Shown piece by piece: positions 1-7,148 of a stretch of DNA of 14,220 nucleotides (positions are counted from its first letter, which is position 1; every line of letters begins with the position of its first letter). The stretch covers positions 1 to 14,220 of the forward strand of contig MCBE01000255.1 of NCBI GenBank assembly GCA_001723845.1, read 5' to 3'. The position numbers and the translations under genes were made by a program. The notes below the pieces were generated by a model. That model had not been told where the DNA came from. It searched no databases and saw only the letters and a program-made list of their open reading frames with translations. Source of the stretch: Candidatus Altiarchaeales archaeon WOR_SM1_SCG. GTDB taxonomy: Archaea; Altiarchaeota; Altiarchaeia; IMC4; WOR-SM1-SCG.

Positions 1-2
1 TA

Positions 3-347
3 TTTACGCCCCTATCTACTTTAGCCGTTGTGCGATATGGTGCAATCGGCAAATTTACCTCTGCGTTTGAAATCACTGCAATCTGGCACAATTTCAGAGC
101 GGGCTTGAAAAATTATATTATCGGATTTATTATAATTCTCGCGGTTGCATTTTTTGTTGAACTCATCGCGCGCATAATTGCAGTTATTGTTATACTTCCG
201 GGTATCTACGCACCCATGCTCTTAATTGTGTTAGCACCACTTGCAGCGTATATCTGGATGGGCATAGCAACATTTTACCAGATGATGATTGGAATTCGTA
301 TGTTTGCAAATATTTACAATGAGGTTGAGGATAAGAAGGAAAAATAA
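3..347 (+). CDS. C-terminal portion of a polytopic membrane protein (5-prime partial; the reading frame is open to the window edge, and the internal GTG at 30 is only a possible start)
   Basis: There is no in-frame stop between position 3 and the GTG at 30, so the ORF very likely continues upstream of the window. The product is strongly hydrophobic with 3 predicted TM segments. The stretch WHNFRAGLKNYIIGFIIIL followed by hydrophobic helices resembles the C-terminal third of the 306-aa membrane protein at 3990..4910 (GFRFFMKNKLNVFLMWLIIL...). Paralogy is judged by eye only. Confidence 0.5.
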   Translation, partial: FTPLSTLAVVRYGAIGKFTSAFEITAIWHNFRAGLKNYIIGFIIILAVAFFVELIARIIAVIVILPGIYAPMLLIVLAPLAAYIWMGIATFYQMMIGIRMFANIYNEVEDKKEK

Positions 348-368
348 AATTTCAATTTAATTTAAATC

Positions 369-377
369 TTTATAAAT
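369..377 (+). promoter_or_regulatory. TATA-box-like element (TTTATAAAT) upstream of the rpl13-rps9 pair
   Basis: The motif is archaeal TATA-like and lies about 45 to 55 nt upstream of the rpl13 start candidates in an AT-rich intergenic region. It was found by sequence inspection only. Confidence 0.25.
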
Positions 378-424
378 TTATTGATTCAAATTTAATGTTT
401 AAAATACCATAATTGAATTTAAAA

Positions 425-862
425 ATGATAATTAACGCAGAAGGACACATACTTGGAAAATTGTCGGCATTCGCGGCAAAACAGGCACTGCTTGGCGAGG
501 AAGTGATCGTTGTAAATGTAGAAAAAGCAGTAGTTTCTGGAAATCGCGACATGGTGTTTAAAAGCTACATGGACAGGTTAAAGTGGAAAAATAAAATGAA
601 TTACAGGAAAGGTCCGTTTCACCAGAAGCGCCCCGATAAGTTCGTAAGAAAAACAATCAGGGGAATGCTTCCGTTCAAGAAGACGCGGGGCAGGGAGGCA
701 TATAAAAGGATCATGACTTATATCGGGATACCGGAAGATGAAATCAAAAGGGCGCATAATCTTGATATAAAAAATCATGAAATTGAAAATTTGGATAATA
801 TTAGAAAAGAAATTAGAGGTGTTACCGTGGATGAAATTTGTAAATTTATCGGAGGCAAATAG
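425..862 (+). CDS. rpl13: 50S ribosomal protein L13 (uL13)
   Basis: The translation MIINAEGHILGKLSAFAAKQALLGEEVIVVNVEKAVVSGNRD...KGPFHQKRPDKFVRKTIRGMLP is a clear match to archaeal uL13. The ORF track starts at 413 (MNLKM...), but archaeal L13 proteins begin at the MxIDAEG motif, so the ATG at 425 is preferred. The stop is TAG at 860-862. Confidence 0.9.
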   Translation: MIINAEGHILGKLSAFAAKQALLGEEVIVVNVEKAVVSGNRDMVFKSYMDRLKWKNKMNYRKGPFHQKRPDKFVRKTIRGMLPFKKTRGREAYKRIMTYIGIPEDEIKRAHNLDIKNHEIENLDNIRKEIRGVTVDEICKFIGGK

Positions 863-868
863 TAATGA

Positions 869-1285
869 ATGATGAATAAACTCGTACATAAACCCGGAAA
901 AAGAAAGACTGCGGTTGCACGCACAACGATAAGAGAAGGCAGGGGAAATGTTAAAATAAATTCCGTACCGGTTGGTACTTACGGACCGGAAATCGCCAGG
1001 CTTAAAATTATGGAGCCGGTTGTTTTAGCAAGAGAAAACGGTGTTAATTTAGATTCAATAGACATACTTGTAAATGTTTCCGGCGGCGGGGTCATGGGAC
1101 AGGCGGCAGCGGCATCAACATCAATTGCAAGAGCACTTGTGGAATTTGCAGGAGAAGACCTGCTCAGGGCGTATGTAGATTACAACAGGATAATTATTGC
1201 AGGCGACCACAGGCAGACAGAACCCCACAAACCCTCGCAGAGCAGCAAAGGTCCGAGACACAGGAGACAGAAATCATACAGGTAA
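869..1285 (+). CDS. rps9: 30S ribosomal protein S9 (uS9)
   Basis: The N-terminus HKPGKRKTAVARTTIREGRGNVKINSVPV, the internal GGGVMGQAAAASTSIARAL and the canonical C-terminal ...RHRRQKSYR are diagnostic of uS9. The gene follows rpl13 by 6 nt, which is the conserved archaeal L13-S9 order. Confidence 0.92.
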   Translation: MMNKLVHKPGKRKTAVARTTIREGRGNVKINSVPVGTYGPEIARLKIMEPVVLARENGVNLDSIDILVNVSGGGVMGQAAAASTSIARALVEFAGEDLLRAYVDYNRIIIAGDHRQTEPHKPSQSSKGPRHRRQKSYR

Positions 1286-1288
1286 ATC

Positions 1289-1325
1289 GGGGGTTAGGGA
1301 TTGGGGATTAGGGGTTAGGGATTAG
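1289..1325. repeat. G-tract repeat with five G3-5 runs separated by TTA/ATT (GGGGGTTAGGGATTGGGGATTAGGGGTTAGGGATTAG); telomere-like (TTAGGG) and able to form a G-quadruplex
   Basis: This is read directly from the sequence. The 13-mer GGGGTTAGGGATT occurs twice, and the G runs sit in an otherwise roughly 35 percent GC genome, immediately 3-prime of the rps9 stop. Confidence 0.6.
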
Positions 1326-1383
1326 TCCGATACACTGACCACCAAAAAACTAACCACTAAAAATAATAATTTAATTAATAAAA

Positions 1384-1959
1384 ATGAAATTCCAAAAATT
1401 TAAGCACGATTCAAAAATTTTGATTTTATTTGTTTTTGTTTCAGTAGTTCTATTTTCAGGATGCACCGAGGTTAATGAACGGGCAGTAGGAAACTCTTCA
1501 GATGAAACACCGGGGCAAATTGAAGTTAAATGCGGAATTGTTAATGAATTGTGCTGTGAAAATAATACCTGTAATTCTAATCTGTCTTGTGTTGAAAATA
1601 GATGTATGAATTTTAAAGTAGCAAACATAAGCACGGAAAACCCAAAGTATGCCGCAAACCAGCAAATTAAAATTTCAGTAAATATTAATTCAACAAGTGA
1701 TGTAAATAATGTCTCGCTTCGTGTTTACGGGATAACATCAAGGCAAAAAAAGCATTTGATGGATAAAACGATAAATTTGAATTTAACTCAAGGTATAAAC
1801 ATCCGGAATTTTACAGTGAACGCCCCTGCTTGCACTCACGGGTGCGGCGCTAAATATTATCCCGGAGATTACCCCCTGTATGCCGAAATCTTATATAAGG
1901 ACGAAATAAATAATATTTCAATTTCAGATGGAAACCAGATTATGGTGAACCTGTACTGA
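1384..1959 (+). CDS. Secreted Cys-rich glycoprotein or lipoprotein candidate (hypothetical)
   Basis: An N-terminal signal peptide (KILILFVFVSVVLFSG-C) ends in a lipobox-like SGC. It is followed by a 6-Cys knot, CGIVNELCCENNTCNSNLSCVENRC. There are at least seven N-x-S/T sequons (NIS, NST, NVS, NLT, NFT, NIS). No recognisable enzyme motif is present. Confidence 0.6.
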   Translation: MKFQKFKHDSKILILFVFVSVVLFSGCTEVNERAVGNSSDETPGQIEVKCGIVNELCCENNTCNSNLSCVENRCMNFKVANISTENPKYAANQQIKISVNINSTSDVNNVSLRVYGITSRQKKHLMDKTINLNLTQGINIRNFTVNAPACTHGCGAKYYPGDYPLYAEILYKDEINNISISDGNQIMVNLY

Positions 1960-2034
1960 AACTAATAATTTTAAATAAATTATGGGCAGGGCATAAATGC
2001 TGTTCCGTACGATTCATGCCGGATGCCGTTTGAC

Positions 2035-2070
2035 GGAATTTATGAAAAATTCCGGGGGGAACTTTTTTTT
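2035..2070 (+). terminator. Hairpin (GGAATTT-ATGAA-AAATTCC), then a G6 run, then a T8 tract; an archaeal oligo-T terminator candidate
   Basis: A perfect 7-bp inverted repeat at 2035-2053 is followed by GGGGGGAAC and TTTTTTTT at 2063-2070. A second perfect hairpin, GCGACA-GGAAAT-TGTCGC, lies at 2077-2094. Archaeal termination relies on oligo-T tracts. The site is about 100 nt downstream of the 1384..1959 CDS. Confidence 0.35.
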
Positions 2071-2175
2071 GTGCTTGCGACAGGAAATTGTCGCTTAAAA
2101 GAGTTTCCGGTATTACATCTATTTAAAGAATTAAACAATAAATAATTAATAGACAATTTATTTATATTTTATACC

Positions 2176-3804
2176 ATGCCTGAAAAAATGAAAATTAATA
2201 CAATAAATGAGCCGCTCTGCCAGGGAGATATAATCTACTTTGTTTTAACGGACAGATTTCGCGACGGGCTCAAAGGAAATAATAACGGCGGGAATTTTAA
2301 TGCCGCACCTTCGGAACCAGAAAACCCGGGAAAATATCACGGCGGGGATTTAAAGGGAATTATTGATTCCATACCTTATCTTTCAAAATTAGGTATTACT
2401 GCCCTGTGGATTACGCCCGTGTATTTGAACATAGGCGAATGCGGGGATGGGGACAGTTATCACGGTTACTGGGCGCTTGATTTTGATAAAATTGACCCGC
2501 ATCTTCTCCCCAAAGGTTCCGATCTCGGTAAAAAGAACCTGCGCGAGTTAAGTGATACACTCCACAAACACGGGATAAAATTAATCCTTGACATGGTCGT
2601 TAACCATACGGGGTATCATACCGGTAATTACAAAGATTACCATAAAAAAGGCGATTTTAAACCGGGTTCCGAATGGTTTGGAAAAAATCCCGGATTAAGC
2701 ACCGGGGGACTTCCAGATATTGATTTCGGTCCTGATGGAAAAGAAGAGAAACCGACCCAGGTGCACTCGGATGTAAGAGATTTCTTTGTCAACAATATAA
2801 TTGACTGGATTGAGGACTCAGGGATAGACGCCATAAGAATGGATACCATAAGATATGTTGAAGATGCTTTCTGGTATTATTTTAAAAGTTATGTTCGCGG
2901 GAAATACAGAAATGTTGCATTGATAGGCGAGGACCTTGGAGGGGATATTGATGAAGTTGCAAAATACCAGAAACAAATGGACATAGATTGCATGTTTGAT
3001 TTTGAATTAACATACAATATACTTGATGTGATGATGTGCGATCATGATAGGTTTAATGACAAAAAAGAACTAAACTTTGGAATGATGTGCCTTGCAAGCC
3101 CGAGGATTCATGAATGGGAAGAACATAAGGGAATACTGGATGTTGACACCAAAAAGTACACGAATGCAAATCGTCTTGTTACGGTGCTTGACAACCACGA
3201 CCTTGAGAAAAGAATTATGAGCTGGGGTTTAACGAAATCCTGCGGCAACAAGGAGTGGGCAGCACGGCTCGTTAGATATGTTTTAGCATTCCAGTTTACA
3301 ACCAGGGGAATTCCATGTATATACTACGGGACGGAACTATGTCTTGAAGGTTCAAGGGAATCCGGGGGCGATGCTGATCTGCGAAAGGATTTCCCGTGGG
3401 AACTGATAGATAAATCAACCCGTGAACCTGGAAAGTATATAGACCGGATTAAATGTGATATGTATTACTTTGTGAAACAGCTGATACAATTAAGAAAAAC
3501 ACACGATTCATTAAAATACGGGATACTTTTCACATTATATGTTGATAGGGATTTCTATGCATACATGAGAGAATGGCGAGGTGAGGTGGTAATAACGGTC
3601 CTGAATAATAAATGCACGGATGATAAAAGCACCGTAGAAATAGATATCAAAAGCAACATAAATATTCCGTCCAGGATAAAGAATATTCTCAATGATAGAG
3701 TCCTGAGGGATGCAATTGAAAAAAGATATAAAACAAAATGTTCAAACGGTAAACTGTCAGTTTCTCTTAAAGGGAAAACTGCCCGCATCCTTACGCTGTT
3801 TTGA
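2176..3804 (+). CDS. GH13-family alpha-amylase, cyclomaltodextrinase or neopullulanase-like glycoside hydrolase (cytoplasmic, no signal peptide)
   Basis: The GH13 conserved regions are present: DRFRDG; GGDLKGIIDSIPYLSKLGITALWITPVY; region II GIKLILDMVVNHTG; region III DAIRMDTIRYV (nucleophile Asp); GEDLGG (acid/base Glu); region IV VLDNHDL. An alternative start is the ATG at 2188 (MKINTINE), with TATA-like TTTATATTTTATA at about 2160-2172. Confidence 0.88.
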   Translation: MPEKMKINTINEPLCQGDIIYFVLTDRFRDGLKGNNNGGNFNAAPSEPENPGKYHGGDLKGIIDSIPYLSKLGITALWITPVYLNIGECGDGDSYHGYWALDFDKIDPHLLPKGSDLGKKNLRELSDTLHKHGIKLILDMVVNHTGYHTGNYKDYHKKGDFKPGSEWFGKNPGLSTGGLPDIDFGPDGKEEKPTQVHSDVRDFFVNNIIDWIEDSGIDAIRMDTIRYVEDAFWYYFKSYVRGKYRNVALIGEDLGGDIDEVAKYQKQMDIDCMFDFELTYNILDVMMCDHDRFNDKKELNFGMMCLASPRIHEWEEHKGILDVDTKKYTNANRLVTVLDNHDLEKRIMSWGLTKSCGNKEWAARLVRYVLAFQFTTRGIPCIYYGTELCLEGSRESGGDADLRKDFPWELIDKSTREPGKYIDRIKCDMYYFVKQLIQLRKTHDSLKYGILFTLYVDRDFYAYMREWRGEVVITVLNNKCTDDKSTVEIDIKSNINIPSRIKNILNDRVLRDAIEKRYKTKCSNGKLSVSLKGKTARILTLF

Positions 3805-3989
3805 ATTAGAACAGAGTAATTTTAATTTGCTTAAACTTTGCTTCCTGTAATCGGTAACGGAAGAGGCACTGGAATATACTGAAAACCGGCTTCGCGCGGG
3901 TATGTGCCTGCGCTAAATAAAGCAAATAAAATTTTAAATAGATTAATTTAAATTAAAGATTAATTAATTATTATTGCCGAGGTATTGAA

Positions 3990-4910
3990 ATGACTGAAAA
4001 TTTAACCGATATTTTAAAGGAAGGATTTGAATTATGGAAAAATAATCCGGTACTTGGAATCCCGCCGCTTTTGGGCTGGATAATACAGTACGGCTTGTGG
4101 TTTATAGCAGGTATTATTATAATGTTTGCGGTACTGGGAGTCGGTCTTGGTGCAGTATCGCTTTCGGAAAATATTGAAAACATTAACGCTTTAATCCAGT
4201 CGCTGGGTGCTGCTGCCGTATTTATATTCCTGGTTGTTGCGTTTTTAATTGTTATAACTCTTTTAATTGACGCATTCTTTAAAGCAGGGCTTATCGGAAT
4301 GTCAAAAGAAGCGATTGAAACAGGAAAAACGGAAATTTCAACTATGGTTGAGTGCGGCAAAAGAAAATTTATACCTGTATTTTTTGCAAATTTAATAATT
4401 TTGATATTATCCCTGCTTCCGTTAATAATTGCGGGAATAATATTTTTAATATTAATTGCTTCGGGCGCGGCATCAATTGAGAGTTTCGGGGATGCGGAAA
4501 TCGTAAAATATACATTTTTATTTCTGCTGCTGCTTGTGATATTTCTGCTCTGGATTTTATACGCGATCGTAATAGATATAATATTTTCAGTCGCTATTTA
4601 TGCCGTGGTCATATCAGACACGGGAGCGGTTGAAGGTTTAAGGTTGGGCTTTAGATTTTTCATGAAAAACAAACTTAATGTCTTTTTGATGTGGCTTATA
4701 ATTTTATGTATATCTTTTGTTTTCGGAAGCATCTATTACATGATACAGGTGTTTCTCAGTTTCATACCTATTATCGGTGCAATTGTCGGTTTTGTCCTCT
4801 GGGTTGTCTTTTATGTTTTCATGGCAGCAGTATTCACCCCTATTACTGCCCTCTGGTGGAGCAGGATTTACATGGACGGGGGGGAAATTAACAAAAAATT
4901 AACAATTTAA
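3990..4910 (+). CDS. Polytopic integral membrane protein of unknown function (roughly 6-7 TM; resembles GP-PDE-membrane/DUF-type archaeal membrane proteins)
   Basis: The 306-aa ORF is very hydrophobic, with repeated 20-25-aa helices and short charged loops. Its C-terminal region is similar to the partial ORF at the window start. It has no catalytic motifs. Confidence 0.6.
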   Translation: MTENLTDILKEGFELWKNNPVLGIPPLLGWIIQYGLWFIAGIIIMFAVLGVGLGAVSLSENIENINALIQSLGAAAVFIFLVVAFLIVITLLIDAFFKAGLIGMSKEAIETGKTEISTMVECGKRKFIPVFFANLIILILSLLPLIIAGIIFLILIASGAASIESFGDAEIVKYTFLFLLLLVIFLLWILYAIVIDIIFSVAIYAVVISDTGAVEGLRLGFRFFMKNKLNVFLMWLIILCISFVFGSIYYMIQVFLSFIPIIGAIVGFVLWVVFYVFMAAVFTPITALWWSRIYMDGGEINKKLTI

Positions 4911-5002
4911 ATGTTAATCTTAATTTTAATTTAAATTCATAAAAATTTTAATTCATAAATAAAAATAACCAATAATAATCAATAATAACCACTAAAATCA
5001 AA

Positions 5003-5779
5003 ATGTTTGCAGAATTATTAACCCTTGTAATTTTTGGAATTTTCTTTTTATTTTTCGCACTGCCCATAATTACTTTAATTGTAACGAGATTTGTAAAAAT
5101 AATTGTTCAATACGAGCGAGGCATGTTGTTTGCAGTGGGCAAATTCGCAAGTATTCTTGAGCCGGGCGTAAATTTTGTAATCCCTTTCTATCACCGGCTT
5201 GAAAAAATTGATATGAGAGTCACGACGATTGATGTGCCTAAACAGGAAGTTATGAGTAAAGACAATGTTCCGGTAAACATTAATGCAGTGCTGTACTTCA
5301 GGGTGTTTGACCCGGAAAAGGCAATACTTAATGTTGAGGACTACACTTATGCGATTTCAAAGTACGCGCAGACATCGCTTAGAAATGTTACGGGGGAGGC
5401 GACGCTTGATGAAATGCTCTCGGAGCGGCAGCAGATTGCAGAGAAATTAAGAAAGATTGTTGACGAGGCAACAGACCAGTGGGGTATAAAGGTTATTGCA
5501 CTTGAACTCCAGGACATTGAACTGCCTGAAGGGATGAAAAGAACAATGGCAAAACAGGCGGAAGCAGAAAGGGAAAAAAGAGCGGCAATAATTAAAGCGG
5601 AAGGGGAAGTCGCCGCATCAAAAAATCTTTCGGATGCGGCAACGATTCTAAGAGGCGTTAAAGGCGCACTGCACCTGCGAACACTGCATTCATTAAATGA
5701 CATGTCATCAGACCAGAGCAATACAATTGTATTTACAGTGCCGCTTGAAGTTTTGCGTGCTCTTGAGGATGTTGATTAA
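5003..5779 (+). CDS. SPFH/Band-7 (stomatin/prohibitin-like) protein with an N-terminal TM anchor
   Basis: An N-terminal hydrophobic helix (LLTLVIFGIFFLFFALPIITLIV) is followed by an SPFH core (QYERGMLFAVGKF...VPKQEVMSKDNVPVNINAVLYFRV...LRNVTGEATLDEMLSERQQIAEKL...) and a coiled-coil AKQAEAEREKRAAIIKAEGE segment, which is typical of stomatin-like proteins. Confidence 0.9.
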   Translation: MFAELLTLVIFGIFFLFFALPIITLIVTRFVKIIVQYERGMLFAVGKFASILEPGVNFVIPFYHRLEKIDMRVTTIDVPKQEVMSKDNVPVNINAVLYFRVFDPEKAILNVEDYTYAISKYAQTSLRNVTGEATLDEMLSERQQIAEKLRKIVDEATDQWGIKVIALELQDIELPEGMKRTMAKQAEAEREKRAAIIKAEGEVAASKNLSDAATILRGVKGALHLRTLHSLNDMSSDQSNTIVFTVPLEVLRALEDVD

Positions 5780-5834
5780 AAATAATATAAAAATTTAAAA
5801 TTAAATTCGATATTTAAAAAATATAAAATTTAAA

Positions 5835-6263
5835 ATGCAGGGCAATATAACGGGATTCAACTTGGAAGATTCGGAGCAGGCAAAAAAAGGAGCGATATTT
5901 TTTGCAGTGGGAATCGTATTCCTCGTTATTGCAGGCACATTCGGGTTTTCAAACCCAACCCTCGCTATTGTTTTAGCAATTTTATGTGCAATTTCTTTAA
6001 CAATCGGTATGTATTTACTAAGCCCGGACAATAAAGACAGTAAAAATAATAAAATGGAATCCGCTGGCTTTGAACAGGATGTACTTTTAAAACCCTCCTG
6101 TAAAAGTACCAAAGACAGGCACACGGGAGGAATTATATTTGCATTCGGGATATTTATATTATTATCCTCGCCGTTATGGGCGCAATTCACGGAAATGCTG
6201 ATTATTACACTTGTAACCGGGGGAGTGATTATGGCTTATGGTCTTTACAGGATTGTCAATTAA
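5835..6263 (+). CDS. Small 4-TM membrane protein with an internal 2-TM duplication, encoded between the two SPFH paralogs
   Basis: The first half (GAIFFAVGIVFLVIAGTFG...LAIVLAILCAISLTIGMYLL) mirrors the second half (GGIIFAFGIFILLSSPLWA...LIITLVTGGVIMAYGLYRI). It is not NfeD-like: there is no OB-fold or ClpP-like domain. The gene sits in the same orientation, 55 nt after the first SPFH gene and 44 nt before the second. Confidence 0.55.
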   Translation: MQGNITGFNLEDSEQAKKGAIFFAVGIVFLVIAGTFGFSNPTLAIVLAILCAISLTIGMYLLSPDNKDSKNNKMESAGFEQDVLLKPSCKSTKDRHTGGIIFAFGIFILLSSPLWAQFTEMLIITLVTGGVIMAYGLYRIVN

Positions 6264-6307
6264 AATCACAAAATTAAAATTTCAATTAAATTAAAATAAA
6301 ATTCAAA

Positions 6308-7039
6308 ATGCCGTTAAAAATAATAAACCAGTACGAAAAAGGGGTTTTGTTTTCCCTTGGTAAATTCAAGGGTCTGCGGGACCCGGGATTGAATACCTAT
6401 GTCCCGATCCTGCAGAAAATTGTGAAAATAGACATAAGAGTAAAGACCGTGGACATCCCGAAACAGGAGGTTATGACAAGGGATAATGTGCCTGTAAAAA
6501 TAAACGCCGTGATTTACTTTAAAATAATTGATCCTGAAAAGGCGGTACTTAATGTCAGGGATGTCATTTATGCAACATCAAAATACGGGCAGCTTGCACT
6601 CCGCAATGTTGTCGGGCAGACAACGCTTGATGAATTGCTTTCCGAAAGACAGCAGATTGCAGACCAGTTGAGAAACATCGTTGACGAAGCAACCGACCCG
6701 TGGGGTGTTGATGTGACAATGATTGAATTACAGGATATTGAACTCCCTGAAACCATGAAAAGAACCATGGCAAAACAGGCGGAAGCGGAAAGGGAAAGAA
6801 GGGCGGTTATAATAAACTCCGAGGGCGAGGTAATTGCCGCAGAAAATATTGCACAGGCAGCCAAAACACTTTACGCAACGCCGGGCGCACTGCACCTGAG
6901 AACACTGCACTCGGTAAATGACCTTTCATCAGATAGATCGCAGACAATCGTGTATGCAATACCTATAGAAATCCTGCGGGTACTTGAGCGGCTCGGTGAT
7001 ATGCTTGAAAAGGAAAACAAAAGAAGAAAAGTGAAATAA
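6308..7039 (+). CDS. SPFH/Band-7 (stomatin-like) paralog that lacks the N-terminal TM anchor
   Basis: It is about 60 percent identical by eye to the 5003..5779 product across the SPFH core (VPKQEVMTRDNVPVKINAVIYFKI...LRNVVGQTTLDELLSERQQIADQL...MKRTMAKQAEAERERRAVIINSEGE). It begins directly at the YEKGVLF motif. The upstream sequence is full of stops, so there is no hidden TM exon. Confidence 0.88.
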   Translation: MPLKIINQYEKGVLFSLGKFKGLRDPGLNTYVPILQKIVKIDIRVKTVDIPKQEVMTRDNVPVKINAVIYFKIIDPEKAVLNVRDVIYATSKYGQLALRNVVGQTTLDELLSERQQIADQLRNIVDEATDPWGVDVTMIELQDIELPETMKRTMAKQAEAERERRAVIINSEGEVIAAENIAQAAKTLYATPGALHLRTLHSVNDLSSDRSQTIVYAIPIEILRVLERLGDMLEKENKRRKVK

Positions 7040-7101
7040 ATAAGTGAATTTAAATTTAAATTTAATTCTTAATTCTAATTTATAAAATCAAAAACAGATT
7101 A

Positions 7102-7146
7102 ATTACATTAAATAAAATTACATTAAATAAAAATATATTAAATAAA
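7102..7146. repeat. Three tandem 15-bp direct repeats (ATTACATTAAATAAA x2, then a degenerate AATATATTAAATAAA copy) abutting the start codon of the aminotransferase gene
   Basis: Read directly from the sequence. The array ends 2 nt before the ATG at 7149. It may be a promoter or operator element, or simply AT-rich slippage. Confidence 0.45.
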
Positions 7147-7148
7147 AA

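Noticed and set aside
370-889. Minus-strand ORFs 370..552 and 578..889 overlapping rpl13
   Set aside because: These are antisense shadow ORFs of a highly conserved ribosomal protein gene, with hydrophobic low-complexity products and no support.
2637-3788. Minus-strand ORFs 2637..2849 and 3555..3788 within the amylase gene
   Set aside because: They are antisense to a GH13 gene that has all the catalytic signature regions.
3971-4360. Minus-strand ORF 3971..4360 and nested plus-strand ORF 4691..4891
   Set aside because: They overlap the 306-aa membrane-protein ORF. They are antisense or alternative-frame products with no motifs, and the longer sense frame has a consistent TM-helix periodicity.
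1351-4999. Shared TAACCACTAAAA motif upstream of the ATGs at 1384 and 5003
   Set aside because: There are only two occurrences, with different spacing to the start codons (33 versus 17 nt), in very AT-rich DNA. This is too weak to call a regulatory motif.
5347-6910. Minus-strand ORFs 5347..5721, 6568..6864, 6564..6773 and 6728..6910 inside the SPFH genes
   Set aside because: They are antisense to well-supported SPFH coding regions. The two antisense products are similar to each other only because the sense genes are paralogs.
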